A DNA stretch of 44,504 nucleotides from Oscillospiraceae bacterium (lineage in GTDB: Bacteria; Bacillota; Clostridia; Oscillospirales; JAGBHD01), in NCBI GenBank assembly GCA_045592865.1, contig JAZNVP010000022.1, positions 1 to 44,504 of the forward strand. The letters are read 5' to 3'. Position numbers and translations under genes: made by a program. Below are positions 27,564 through 37,281 of the stretch, in pieces; position 1 is the stretch's first letter; the number at the start of each line of letters is the position of its first letter. The notes under the pieces are model-generated. The model saw only the letters and a program-made list of their open reading frames with translations. It was not told where the DNA came from and ran no database searches.

Positions 27564-28391
27564 ATGTCATATCAACTTAAACGCAACCTTGAAAATGCAG
27601 TTCAGGTAATGCTTTTAGAAAACGAGTCCGCAGCCGTGCGCCACACCCACAATTTTTTGGAGTTTGTTTACGTCGTGTCGGGATCGGCTTCCTACCACCT
27701 CGGAAAGTTCGAGGGCACCCTTTCCCCAGGCGACTATTTCGTGGTAGACTACAACACCTCCCACGACTACCTCTCGTCAGAAAAAGACCTTTCTGTTATA
27801 AACTGCCTCTTTCACCCTGAATTCGTCCACGAAACAATGAGGGACGTCGGAAGCTTTAACGAGCTCTGCGAAAGATATTTTATGCGAATAACGGCGCGGC
27901 GGATAAACGGACCCGCCGCCAATCAGGTTTTTAAGGGAAACGAAAAGATCGGCGAACTGTTTCACGATATGCTAAATGAATATACCGCTAAAAACGAAGG
28001 ATATCTGCAGGTCGTCCGTTTTCTATTATGCCGAATTATAATCGAAACCGTCAGAGCGGTGGGAAGCCGAAAAAATATAAGCCCTGTAACCGAAGAAATA
28101 ATAAACGTAATAGAAAAAGATTACGTGAAAAAACTTTCACTTGGGCGTATCTGCAAAGAAATGCACTACTCTCTTCCCTATATCAGCGCCCTTTTCAAAA
28201 AGGAAACGGGCTTTTCCTTCACCGATTACCTCCAGAACCGCCGTCTTGAAGAAACCTGCCGACTGCTCCGCGAAACCGATCTCCCCGTCAGCGCTGTTGC
28301 AGAAAGCGTCGGATATCAGAACCTTAAGTTCTTCGGAAAGCTCTTTAAGCGTTTTACGGGCCTTTCCCCAAGAGAATACAGAAAAAAGTAA
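27564..28391 (+). CDS. AraC family regulator (cupin sensor + HTH)
   Basis: RHTHNFLEFVYV; YISALFKKETG, VAESVGY...FGKLFKRFTGLSPREYR; promoter TTGACT-18-TATAAT at 27493-27522. Confidence 0.93.
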   Translation: MSYQLKRNLENAVQVMLLENESAAVRHTHNFLEFVYVVSGSASYHLGKFEGTLSPGDYFVVDYNTSHDYLSSEKDLSVINCLFHPEFVHETMRDVGSFNELCERYFMRITARRINGPAANQVFKGNEKIGELFHDMLNEYTAKNEGYLQVVRFLLCRIIIETVRAVGSRKNISPVTEEIINVIEKDYVKKLSLGRICKEMHYSLPYISALFKKETGFSFTDYLQNRRLEETCRLLRETDLPVSAVAESVGYQNLKFFGKLFKRFTGLSPREYRKK

Positions 28392-28415
28392 CCGCTTAAA
28401 AGCGGTTACTTTTTT
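28382..28415. terminator. Bidirectional terminator
   Basis: AAAAAAGTAACCGCT/AGCGGTTACTTTTTT. Confidence 0.85.
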
Positions 28416-28416
28416 A

Positions 28417-28941
28417 TTATTCTGCTGCCTTATTTTCTTTTAAAAGCCTTATAAATTCCTCATAGGTGTCGCGAACAGTGTCCTTCGGGCAGAGAATAAC
28501 GTCGGCCGCCGAAAGATAAAGGTCTTTGCGCTTTTCATAAAGCTCATAAAGTCCGTTATAGTCAAGCGAAGCCGCAAGCGGACGGCGGTCGTTTCTTTTG
28601 ACCCTCTCGAAAATCACGTCGAAGGGCGTGTCTATAAAAACGATCAGACCGCGCCGTTTCATAAACTTTACGTTTTTCTCTCTTAAAACTGCTCCACCGC
28701 CGAGCGACACAACCCTCGGAGACTGAAAAGACAGCGACCTTATAACCCTTGTTTCAGAATTCCTGAAATATTCTTCCCCCTTGGAAGCAAATATTTCGGT
28801 AATGGTCTGTTTTTCTTTTTTGGCAACTATATAATCTGAGTCAACTATGGGAAGAGAAAGTTTTTTTGAAGCATAAAATCCGAGAGTGCTTTTTCCACAG
28901 CCCATAAACCCGCAAAGATAAACCGTCTTTTTGAGTTTCAT
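28417..28941 (-). CDS. aroK: Shikimate kinase
   Basis: GFMGCGKST P-loop, GEEYFRNSE, SLGGG, RRPL. Confidence 0.92.
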   Translation of the reverse strand: MKLKKTVYLCGFMGCGKSTLGFYASKKLSLPIVDSDYIVAKKEKQTITEIFASKGEEYFRNSETRVIRSLSFQSPRVVSLGGGAVLREKNVKFMKRRGLIVFIDTPFDVIFERVKRNDRRPLAASLDYNGLYELYEKRKDLYLSAADVILCPKDTVRDTYEEFIRLLKENKAAE

Positions 28942-30962
28942 CAGCTCAGCAGTGTTCCGTAGTCCTCAGGACTCGTCGCCGTTCCCGTCGTAAAATAATA
29001 CTGCAAAAACTCTCGGATGATTTTCGCAGAATATGCTCCGCCCTCCTGCATAACCGCAAAAGCAACCTGCGGATCATCGGCAGGAGCGTAGCCTAAAATA
29101 CAGTGGTTGGTAACCGTTTCGGTAACCTGCGGCGTTCCTGTCTTTAGCGCCGCCTGAACAAGTTTAAAGCCTGTCAGACCTATCTCGCCCGAGCCCGTTC
29201 CGTTGGCACTGTTTATCATTCCTTGCTTTATAGCCTCGAAGGTCTCATCACTGGCTTTAATCTCTTCCATAACCGATGGCTCGTAGGTGTAAACCGTTTC
29301 GGAAAGGTCAAAACTCTTGACTTCTTTTAATATGTGGGTCTTATATCTCACGCCGTTGTTCGCAAGTGTCATAGCGAGTGTCGCCATCTGAAGCGGCGTT
29401 ACCGCCGTGTCCGACTGACCGATAGACGCCTGCAAAACGTCTCCGTTATACCATTCTTTGCCGAGAGAAGCCGCAGTCTCGGGGGTTGCTAGTCTGCCCG
29501 ACGCCTCATCAAGTTCTATTCCCGTTTTCTGTCCGTATCCGACAAGAGAAGCATACTCCATAACCTTCGTAATACCAAGTCTTCTTCCGAGCTCATAGAA
29601 GAAAACGTTGCAGGAAACTCCGAGCGCCGATTTAACGTTTATCGCGCCGTGAGTTCCAAGGCAGGTTGGCTGATAGTCGTCGTAATAATCATAAACGTGG
29701 CGGCAGGTTATAGTCGAAGCGCCCGTTATCTGTTGCTCTGTTAGCCCCGCAAGACTCGTTACAGTCTTGAAGGTAGAGCCGGGTCTGTAGAGCCCGTTAC
29801 AAGCACGGTTGAAAAGCGGCATCGCCTCATCGGTTGCGAGCGCAGAATAATCGGTGAAATAACTGTTAAGGTCGAAAGAAGGGTTCTGCGCCATCGCCAG
29901 AACTCCGCCGTCTGAAACGTCAAGCACCACCATCGAGATAGCTTCAACGTCTTTTCCCATTCCGTTCTTTTCCTTTAGCCAGACCATATGCCCGTCGATT
30001 ATCTGTTGCAGTTTTTCCTGCAGCTTAAAATCAAGGGTCAGAACAACGCTGTTGCCCGGAAGCGCCTCGGTAATGTCATTCTCCGAGGTTATAACGCCGT
30101 TTTTATCCTGAATTATAAGCCTTTTCCCGTCAGTTCCCTTGAGATACTCCTCAAAAGCCTCCTCGGCGCCGAACTTTCCGATCTTATCGTTCATATTGTA
30201 GCCGAGTTTTTTGTAACTTTCATATTCCTCGGCGCTCATAGCACCCGTAACTCCGACAACGTGAGGCGCAAGAGAAGAGGAAACGTATTTTCGACTCAGC
30301 GCCTCGCCAACCGCAACGCCCTTGTATTTATAGGACAACTCCTCTATCTTTGCCGCAGTTGAAACCGAAATGTCTGAAGAAAACACAAAATCATTAGACC
30401 CGTTAAAGCCTCTGAGCTCCATCTCATAGCGAACACCCGCTATTAGACGCTTTTCAGCTGCAGAAAACTCTTCTCCCTCAAGGCCGTATCTCTCGTAAAG
30501 CGCGTCAAGACAGTTTTCAACGGTTGCGTAGCTGTTAAGTCTTAAAAAGGTCTTTAAATATTCCGCCGAATCTTCCTTTCCCTCTGAAAAGGTAAAGGGT
30601 TCCTCTGTTGTTATCGGAAGACTGTCGTTCCACTCCTCACCCGTCGAGGTAAGAAGTGACGAAAGCTCCAGAATTATTCCGTTTTCACTGCCGTATTCCA
30701 TAAAGTTTCGCTGAAAACAGATGGTATATCCCGTCGTGTTGACCGCAATAGGTCTGCCGAAACGGTCAAGAATTTCTCCCCTCGCCGCAGGAATAGCCAC
30801 ACTTGAGGAAATGCTTCGCTGAGCCAATGCGCTATAGTAATCGCCGTTAACGATCTGAAGCTGCAATAGCCTGTAATAATAAAACAGTATGATAGACACC
30901 GCAAGAACTATCATAATAACAGTCCTTGAGCGTTTTATAAAACCGCCTTTATTGTGCGACAA
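28941..30962 (-). CDS. mrdA: Class B penicillin-binding protein (PBP2/MrdA-like)
   Basis: N-terminal TM, RGEILDR, GxxGAE..FEEYLKG, STFK / SCN / KTG motifs; follows mreD. Confidence 0.85.
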   Translation of the reverse strand: MSHNKGGFIKRSRTVIMIVLAVSIILFYYYRLLQLQIVNGDYYSALAQRSISSSVAIPAARGEILDRFGRPIAVNTTGYTICFQRNFMEYGSENGIILELSSLLTSTGEEWNDSLPITTEEPFTFSEGKEDSAEYLKTFLRLNSYATVENCLDALYERYGLEGEEFSAAEKRLIAGVRYEMELRGFNGSNDFVFSSDISVSTAAKIEELSYKYKGVAVGEALSRKYVSSSLAPHVVGVTGAMSAEEYESYKKLGYNMNDKIGKFGAEEAFEEYLKGTDGKRLIIQDKNGVITSENDITEALPGNSVVLTLDFKLQEKLQQIIDGHMVWLKEKNGMGKDVEAISMVVLDVSDGGVLAMAQNPSFDLNSYFTDYSALATDEAMPLFNRACNGLYRPGSTFKTVTSLAGLTEQQITGASTITCRHVYDYYDDYQPTCLGTHGAINVKSALGVSCNVFFYELGRRLGITKVMEYASLVGYGQKTGIELDEASGRLATPETAASLGKEWYNGDVLQASIGQSDTAVTPLQMATLAMTLANNGVRYKTHILKEVKSFDLSETVYTYEPSVMEEIKASDETFEAIKQGMINSANGTGSGEIGLTGFKLVQAALKTGTPQVTETVTNHCILGYAPADDPQVAFAVMQEGGAYSAKIIREFLQYYFTTGTATSPEDYGTLLS

Positions 30963-30974
30963 CCGCTCTCCCTC

Positions 30975-31496
30975 CTAATCTTCTATTCCGAACTTTCTGT
31001 TAACGTAACGAAACGCAAAATAATATACCGGAAGTATTATAATCGAAAGCAATACAGACGGTATAACAGAGCCGGTAAACAGCGCTATTCTTCCGCCCTT
31101 TTCGAATAAAACGTTATAAATAAAATAATAGAAAAACTTTACCGCAATAACCGCTCCGGCATTTGTTATAAGCGCATTAATAAAGGTTCTTCGAACCAAA
31201 AAAGCAATCAGAAGCGATACCGTTACGGCGCATAAAAGATAGATAAGCCCGTGAAAGCCAAAAAGACTCGCACAAGCAATATCCTTTAAAAGCCCTGCGA
31301 AAACGGCGAAAATTCCCGAAGACAGAGGCGGCAAAAACATCGCTATGCAAACCGTGAAAACAAGAAGAAAGTCGGGAGAAGCCGCATAAAAAAAGGTATA
31401 AGGCACCCCCGAAACGACGTAGCTCACCAAAAGAATTGCCGCAAAGATGGCAATTCTCAAAGCTTCGCTTATGTTTTTGGATGATGCCTTTCCCAT
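30975..31496 (-). CDS. mreD: Rod shape-determining protein MreD
   Basis: Multi-TM; PDFLLVF, AGLLKD...FG; position between mreC and pbp2. Confidence 0.8.
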   Translation of the reverse strand: MGKASSKNISEALRIAIFAAILLVSYVVSGVPYTFFYAASPDFLLVFTVCIAMFLPPLSSGIFAVFAGLLKDIACASLFGFHGLIYLLCAVTVSLLIAFLVRRTFINALITNAGAVIAVKFFYYFIYNVLFEKGGRIALFTGSVIPSVLLSIIILPVYYFAFRYVNRKFGIED

Positions 31497-31505
31497 AACA
31501 GACTC

Positions 31506-31916
31506 CTATAAACTGTTTTTATCCTCAATATATGCCTTTATCTTTTCGCTCGAAAAAACCCTTATAGATGAAAAAATTATGTAGAGCAAAAACAGAAGAA
31601 GAACTAAGTAAACGTAAGCTTCGGGCTTTTTATACGGGAGAACGCTTGTAAAACAGTAAAAAACGTAAAGCCCGTAAGCAATATTACCAAAAGCATATAA
31701 CTGTCTTGAAAAACTGAACCCCAAAAGAAGCCCGAGCCCCATCGGAAGCGCCGTCCAGATAAAAACAAGATTTTTGCTTATAATACCTGCCGCCACCGCC
31801 GCCGCTAAATAAACCACGGCGTAAATTAAAGAGAATACCTTTCCGTCTTTAATTCTTTTTGCCCTTATTTCTCGGTTCTTCTGCCTTACCTCAGACAAAA
31901 CCTCTTCTTCCATCAT
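31506..31916 (-). CDS. Hypothetical membrane protein (about 4 TM)
   Basis: Four hydrophobic segments; start overlaps mreC stop (TAATG). Confidence 0.7.
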   Translation of the reverse strand: MMEEEVLSEVRQKNREIRAKRIKDGKVFSLIYAVVYLAAAVAAGIISKNLVFIWTALPMGLGLLLGFSFSRQLYAFGNIAYGLYVFYCFTSVLPYKKPEAYVYLVLLLFLLYIIFSSIRVFSSEKIKAYIEDKNSL

Positions 31917-32758
31917 TATTTTTCACCCTCCGAAAAATCGGTTACAACGTAAACGTTTTTAAGGCTGTCCATATCCTCGGTTGCCTTAACAACAGCATAA
32001 AGCGAGGTTCCGTTCTGCTCAGCCTCAACCGAAACCACCTCTCCGATAATAAGGTTGGGGGGATAAATCCCACTCGCGCCGCTCGTTACAACCATATCAC
32101 CTGCAGAAACCGCAGAGTCTCTCGAAATATAAGAAAGCTTAAGGTTTGAAGCAAGTGCCCAAGACGTAACACCCGTGCAAACACCGGTATCCCTCGTTCT
32201 CACGACCTGTGCCCCAAGCTGAATGTCGGTGCTAAGCACGGTCGTAACCCTCGCACTCGTCGGGAACACCTCGGTAACGACCCCGACAAGACCCGAAGAG
32301 GTAATAACCGCATCTCTTTCCTCAACCCCGTGCTTTTTTCCGCGGCTAATGGTAAATGAGGTTCCGTAGTCGTCGGTATCTCTCGCGATAACGTCGGCAG
32401 AAACAAGCGAGAGATCTTCGTTTTCTTCAGAAATTTCTAAAAGAGCCTTTAGTCGCTCGTTCTCATTTTTATATGTTTCAAAGTCAACGAGCTTGTCTTT
32501 AAGACGGTCGATCTCTTCACGGAGCTCCTCGTTTTCCGCACGAAGCCTTCCTCCGCTTGTAAGATTGGACCAACCGGTCGAAACCGCCGAGGAAATACCC
32601 GCCGCCGCCTTTTGAAACGGAGTTGTAACAACCGTCAGCACCTTTTCGGCAAAGGAAACCGAGTCCGAGTTCGAAGCCGAATAGACCATAAGTCCCGTTA
32701 ACGCCGCAACGATACCTATTAAAATTTTAAAGGTTACGCTACTGAAAAATTTTCGCAT
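31916..32758 (-). CDS. mreC: Rod shape-determining protein MreC
   Basis: N-terminal TM, coiled coil ENEELREE...ENERLKALL, ISRG..GV, GLVG.V, VVTSG..GIYP. Confidence 0.93.
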   Translation of the reverse strand: MRKFFSSVTFKILIGIVAALTGLMVYSASNSDSVSFAEKVLTVVTTPFQKAAAGISSAVSTGWSNLTSGGRLRAENEELREEIDRLKDKLVDFETYKNENERLKALLEISEENEDLSLVSADVIARDTDDYGTSFTISRGKKHGVEERDAVITSSGLVGVVTEVFPTSARVTTVLSTDIQLGAQVVRTRDTGVCTGVTSWALASNLKLSYISRDSAVSAGDMVVTSGASGIYPPNLIIGEVVSVEAEQNGTSLYAVVKATEDMDSLKNVYVVTDFSEGEK

Positions 32759-32780
32759 AATTCTTTACCTCTGATAAATT

Positions 32781-32808
32781 AAAACCGCAGATGGTTCTCT
32801 GCGGTTTT
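32781..32808 (-). terminator. Hairpin between mreB and mreC
   Basis: AAAACCGCAGA/TCTGCGGTTTT. Confidence 0.65.
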
Positions 32809-32819
32809 GTAAATCCAAA

Positions 32820-33842
32820 TTAATATCCGGAATTGGTTAAAACATCCTTGAGAACGTCAAAGTTTTCGAGGGTCATACCGGTTCCCTTTGCAACACAGTC
32901 CAAAGGATCTTCCGCAATTTTAACAGGCATACCTGTTTCGTGGGTGATAAGCTTATCAAGACCTCTGAGAAGCGCTCCGCCACCCGTTAAAACTATGCCG
33001 TAATCGATAATATCTGCTGCGAGTTCAGGGGGCGTCTTCTCAAGCGTTGCCTTGATAGCGTCGATTATCTGCATAAGCGACTCTTTAAGAGCCTCTCTTA
33101 TCTCACACGCTTCGATGCTGATGTTTATCGGAAGTCCGTCGATAAGGTTTCTACCCTTGATCTCCATGGTTCCTTCATCCTCATATTCCCAAGCAGAACC
33201 TATCTTTATCTTAATCTCCTCAGCGGTTCTCTCACCGATAAGGATATTATATTTTTTCTTAATGTAAGCAACGATACTTCTGTCGAACTCGTCACCTGCA
33301 ACGCGAACCGAACGGGATGCAACTATGCCGCCGAGCGAAATAACCGCAACCTCACTTGTTCCGCCGCCGATATCAACGACCATGCTTCCAACAGCTTCCG
33401 AAACCTGAAGTCCTGCACCGATTGCTGCCGCCATCGGCTCTTCAATGATCTCAACGTGCTTGGCACCTGCTCTCTCAGCCGCCTCGCCAACCGCTCTTCT
33501 CTCAACGGCGGTAACACCGTAGGGAATGCAGATTATGACTCTGGGGCGGGAGAAGAAGGTGTTTCCGAGAACCTTCTTTAAGAATATCTGAAGCATGCTC
33601 GCTGTGATATCGAAGTCTGCGATAACGCCGTCCTTTAAAGGCTTTATTGCAACGATAGAACCGGGAGTTCTTCCGATAACCTCTTTTGCCTCGTGACCCA
33701 CAAATCTGACTATACCTGTTTTCTTCTCAACGGCAACAACCGAGGGCTCTCTCATAATAATGCCCTTGTCCTTCATAAAAACGAGGGTGTTAGCCGTTCC
33801 GAGATCTATTCCTATATCCTTCGTAAAAGAAAACCATTTCAT
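32820..33842 (-). CDS. mreB: Rod shape-determining protein MreB
   Basis: [63 protein letters not shown]. Confidence 0.97.
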   Translation of the reverse strand: MKWFSFTKDIGIDLGTANTLVFMKDKGIIMREPSVVAVEKKTGIVRFVGHEAKEVIGRTPGSIVAIKPLKDGVIADFDITASMLQIFLKKVLGNTFFSRPRVIICIPYGVTAVERRAVGEAAERAGAKHVEIIEEPMAAAIGAGLQVSEAVGSMVVDIGGGTSEVAVISLGGIVASRSVRVAGDEFDRSIVAYIKKKYNILIGERTAEEIKIKIGSAWEYEDEGTMEIKGRNLIDGLPINISIEACEIREALKESLMQIIDAIKATLEKTPPELAADIIDYGIVLTGGGALLRGLDKLITHETGMPVKIAEDPLDCVAKGTGMTLENFDVLKDVLTNSGY

Positions 33843-33901
33843 TTTTAATGCCTTCCTTCCTTAATTTTTCTAATACAACGTTATTATAACACAAACCAAA
33901 A

Positions 33902-34026
33902 GCAGACGCTTCCCTGTGCGTCAGCACTCCCGTGTCGCAACACGGGGTTTTAATGTTTTTAAACAAAGGCGATAGCCTTCAGGTGCCGTTCGGCACCATA
34001 GCGGCGCTTTTCTGCCGCTGTTTAAA
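33902..34026. ncRNA. Candidate structured RNA/ssDNA element: four-way junction plus two hairpins
   Basis: Six Watson-Crick helices in 125 bp, flanked by GTTATTATAAC direct repeats. Confidence 0.55.
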
Positions 34027-34029
34027 GTT

Positions 34030-34058
34030 ATTATAACCCAACTATTAAAAAAACTCAA
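34030..34058 (-). promoter_or_regulatory. SigA promoter directly upstream of the structured element and mreB
   Basis: TTGAGT, 17 bp, TATAAT. Confidence 0.7.
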
Positions 34059-34080
34059 CAAGTTTTTGAAATTTTCCGCA

Positions 34081-35151
34081 TTATAATATTATAAGTTCTT
34101 TAGGACTGTGTGTGAGATTTATGCAACCGTTTTCGGTAACGTAAACGTAGTCCTCGATTCTGACGCCGAAACGGTTTTCAAGGTAAATTCCGGGCTCAAC
34201 CGTCATAACCATGCCGGGTTTTAAAACGGTCGTGTCGGTGGTGTTAAACCTCGGGTTTTCGTGGATTTTAATTCCAACGCTGTGACCAAGCCCGTGACCG
34301 AAGCAGCCTTCATAGCCTTCGCCGTTTATTATGTCTCTCGCAATCTTGTCAACGTCGCGGCAGACAAGCCCTGCTTTAACCTCTTTCAGCGCTGCCTCTT
34401 GCGCACGAAGAACTATATCGTAAACACGTCTCTGCTCGTCGCTAACAGAACCAACCGCAACGGTTCTCGTCATATCCGAAAGATAACCCTGAACGTTTGC
34501 GCCGAAATCAAGCGTAACAAAATCGCCCTTTTCTATAACCTTGTCGGAGGGAACTCCGTGAGGAAGAGAACTGTTCTTGCCCGAAACAACTATAAAGTCA
34601 AAAGCAACCCCTTCGCTTCCGCGGGAACGCATAAACATCTCCATATCAAGCATGATCTCTTTCTCGGTCTTTCCGGGCTGGATCTTCCCGAGAATATAAG
34701 AGAAGGTCTCGTCGGTAAGCTTCTGAGCCTTTTTCATTAATTCGAGTTCCTCTTCTGTTTTTATCATCCTCATTTCTTCGGTTATGCGGTCAAATTTATC
34801 ATCCGATAAAATCTCAACACCCGAAAGAGCCGCCGAAAGAGTTTTGTGTCTCTGAATCGAGGTCTCATCCGCCTCAACGTAAAGCTTCTTAACCCCGTAT
34901 TTTTCGCAAAGCTCAAGAATTTCACTGTCGCGGCGGTCGCTTAAAACCACCTCGCAGCTCTTAACCACAGCTTTCGCCGCCTCATAATAACGGAAATCTA
35001 TAAGAAGAACCGCCGCCTCATTTGTTATAAAAACAACACCCGCAGTCGACTCAAAGCCTGTGAAATAAAAGCGGTTATGCGGCGCGACGACAAGAAAAGC
35101 TTCTCCCTTTTCTAAATTCCTTTTTATATTTTCAACTCTTTTTAACGTCAT
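34081..35151 (-). CDS. Xaa-Pro aminopeptidase (M24)
   Basis: LIDFRY, SSLPHG, LDFGA..GYLSDMTRT, HGLGHSVG..IHE, TVEPGIY, GVRIED. Confidence 0.93.
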   Translation of the reverse strand: MTLKRVENIKRNLEKGEAFLVVAPHNRFYFTGFESTAGVVFITNEAAVLLIDFRYYEAAKAVVKSCEVVLSDRRDSEILELCEKYGVKKLYVEADETSIQRHKTLSAALSGVEILSDDKFDRITEEMRMIKTEEELELMKKAQKLTDETFSYILGKIQPGKTEKEIMLDMEMFMRSRGSEGVAFDFIVVSGKNSSLPHGVPSDKVIEKGDFVTLDFGANVQGYLSDMTRTVAVGSVSDEQRRVYDIVLRAQEAALKEVKAGLVCRDVDKIARDIINGEGYEGCFGHGLGHSVGIKIHENPRFNTTDTTVLKPGMVMTVEPGIYLENRFGVRIEDYVYVTENGCINLTHSPKELIIL

Positions 35152-35214
35152 AAAAAACATCCTTTCAAGGTTTATCTTGTTAATTTTACCACGATTCCTT
35201 CATCTTTTCAACTA

Positions 35215-35243
35215 AAAAGTGCGGCAGGAGTTCCTGCCGCACT
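35215..35243 (-). terminator. Terminator after jag
   Basis: AGTGCGGCAGGA/TCCTGCCGCACT. Confidence 0.8.
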
Positions 35244-35250
35244 AACTTTT

Positions 35251-36141
35251 TTATTCGAATTCATCAAGAAGCGAGAAATAAGCACTGTCGTCACTGTGAT
35301 TTCCGGTGCTTACAGGAGACGGCTCTCTTCTCTGCGAAGCCGGCCTCTGATATCCTCTGGAACCTCTTTTTCCGCCCGAAGAACGCTGAGGACGGGGGTT
35401 ATCCGAAAGAATAACGACCTTTCTCTCGGGCTCTTCGCCGAACGATTTAGAGGTAACGCCCTCAATAGTTGCCGCTGCAGAGTGAATAATTCTTCTCTCG
35501 TAAGCGCTCATGGGCTCAAAGGTGTGCTTTCTGCCACTTGCCGCAACGTTCTTTGCAACCTTTATTGCCAGTTCTTCAAGGGTCTTTCTTCTTTTCTCTC
35601 TGTAGTCTCCGCTGTTAACCGAAACCCTTAAATATCCCTCGTCTTTTTTGTTTGCCGCAAGAGATGTTAATGTCTGGATAGCGTCAAGAGTTTCGCCTCT
35701 TTTTCCGATGATAACGCCAACGCTCTCACCGTCAACCGAAATTTTAAGTCCCGATTTTGTGTATTTATGGGTTACGGTGATATCATCAAGGCCTAACTCG
35801 TTAATAATGCTCTTAAGATAAGAAACAGCGGTCTCAATTTTTGCCTTAGCCGCGTCATCGGGCTCGATTTCGGCTTCGGGCTCCAATGTAGCCTCTTCTA
35901 CAACCGGCTTTTCTTCTTTAGCCTTCTTCTCATCCTTTTTCTCTTCTTTTTTCTCTTCTTTTTTAGGTTCTGCTTCGGGTTCTTCAACGTAAACCCTTAC
36001 CTTGCAGGGTTTTCCGAACAAACCCTTTTTACCTGCTTCAAGAACCTCAACCTCAACGGCTTCTCTGGGAAGTCCGAGTTCAGCACACGCTTTATCGATA
36101 GCTTCGTCGAAGTCTTTTGCAGTTGCAATAGCCTCTCTCAT
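35251..36141 (-). CDS. jag: Jag/EloR (KhpB) RNA-binding protein
   Basis: Jag_N (GKKGLFG), KH (IIGKRGETLDAIQ), R3H (PMSAYERRIIH). Confidence 0.93.
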   Translation of the reverse strand: MREAIATAKDFDEAIDKACAELGLPREAVEVEVLEAGKKGLFGKPCKVRVYVEEPEAEPKKEEKKEEKKDEKKAKEEKPVVEEATLEPEAEIEPDDAAKAKIETAVSYLKSIINELGLDDITVTHKYTKSGLKISVDGESVGVIIGKRGETLDAIQTLTSLAANKKDEGYLRVSVNSGDYREKRRKTLEELAIKVAKNVAASGRKHTFEPMSAYERRIIHSAAATIEGVTSKSFGEEPERKVVILSDNPRPQRSSGGKRGSRGYQRPASQRREPSPVSTGNHSDDSAYFSLLDEFE

Positions 36142-36156
36142 TTTTTCTCCTCCAAC

Positions 36157-37275
36157 TTATTTTAGGTCTTCATCCTTAACGGGCGCAAAAATCTCTCCGT
36201 ATTTCTCGGCATCGCGACGCCTTGCCTCTTCAAGCTTTCTGCGATTTTCCTCGAGGAGCCTTTTCTCCTCTTCGGCTTCTTCAGGGGTCAATTCCTTCTT
36301 TTCCTCTTCCGCCTCTTTGCGTCTCTCTTCAACAAATCTTTTCCGAGCCTCAGCCTGTTTTTCTTTATCGGCTTTGATCTTCTCTTTTCTCTTTGCCTGT
36401 TCTGCCTCAACCTGAGCTCTCATCTTCTCAGGGTTATAGAACCTGTGAAGAAGAACCGACTGCAAAGCACCAACAAGGCTTGAGATTATCCAATAGAAGC
36501 CAATACCGCTGGGAAGTCTCATAGCGAAGAAGAAGGTCATAACGGGCATAAGAAGCATCATTACCTTACCCGAACCGCCCATCGCACTCTGTCCGTCGGG
36601 GGTCTTCATCATCTTCATCGAAACAAAACTTGCAAGCATACCCGAAAGGGCTGCAAAAATCGGAATAAGAATAAGCAGACTTGTATATGAAGGAATAGCA
36701 GAAAAATCTATCCCCAAAAATGCATTGTCAAAGCCTCTGATAGCCTCTGCTGCCGCAGGATCAAATGCAGTTGCTTTCGAAATAAACTCTGCCGCTTTAT
36801 CTCCGTTTAATGCCGAAAGGATTTTGAGCTCTTCGTAAGCCGCAAGTTTCGAACTCGCATCAACAAAGCCCCCTGCTATCTCTGCAAGACCCTTGATGGT
36901 TTCGGTCGAGAAACGAAGAATGTGGGTTAAGGGTCTGTAAACAACACCGATAACGCCGAGAAGAACAGGGAAGGTTATAAGGGTGGGAAGACAGCCTGAC
37001 ATGGGGTTGTATCCCTCTTCCTGATAAAGCTTCTGAAGCTCCGCGTTCATTTTCTCCTGATTTTTTGCATACCTCTTCTGAATAGCATCCATCTTCGGCT
37101 TAAAATATGCCATCTTAGCCGAATTCTTCTGCTGCTTTATCGAAAGAGGTAAAAACAAAAGCTTGGTTATAACAGTAAACACGATAAGCGCAATGCCGTA
37201 ATTCTTAATAACCTCATAGCAAAGCCACATTATCCATCCGAAAGGCACTGCGAAAATTTCAAAAATACCTGACAT
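36157..37275 (-). CDS. yidC: Membrane protein insertase YidC
   Basis: YGIALIVFT...PLSIKQQK, ELQKLYQEEGYNPMSGCLP, LPSGIGFYW. Confidence 0.93.
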   Translation of the reverse strand: MSGIFEIFAVPFGWIMWLCYEVIKNYGIALIVFTVITKLLFLPLSIKQQKNSAKMAYFKPKMDAIQKRYAKNQEKMNAELQKLYQEEGYNPMSGCLPTLITFPVLLGVIGVVYRPLTHILRFSTETIKGLAEIAGGFVDASSKLAAYEELKILSALNGDKAAEFISKATAFDPAAAEAIRGFDNAFLGIDFSAIPSYTSLLILIPIFAALSGMLASFVSMKMMKTPDGQSAMGGSGKVMMLLMPVMTFFFAMRLPSGIGFYWIISSLVGALQSVLLHRFYNPEKMRAQVEAEQAKRKEKIKADKEKQAEARKRFVEERRKEAEEEKKELTPEEAEEEKRLLEENRRKLEEARRRDAEKYGEIFAPVKDEDLK

Positions 37276-37281
37276 AACGTT

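Noticed and set aside
33958-34026. tRNA (cloverleaf shape)
   Set aside because: No 7-nt anticodon loop, no T-loop or D-loop consensus, no CCA
35870-35980. Low-complexity TTC/TCT-rich repeat
   Set aside because: Encodes the Lys/Glu-rich linker usual in Jag/EloR
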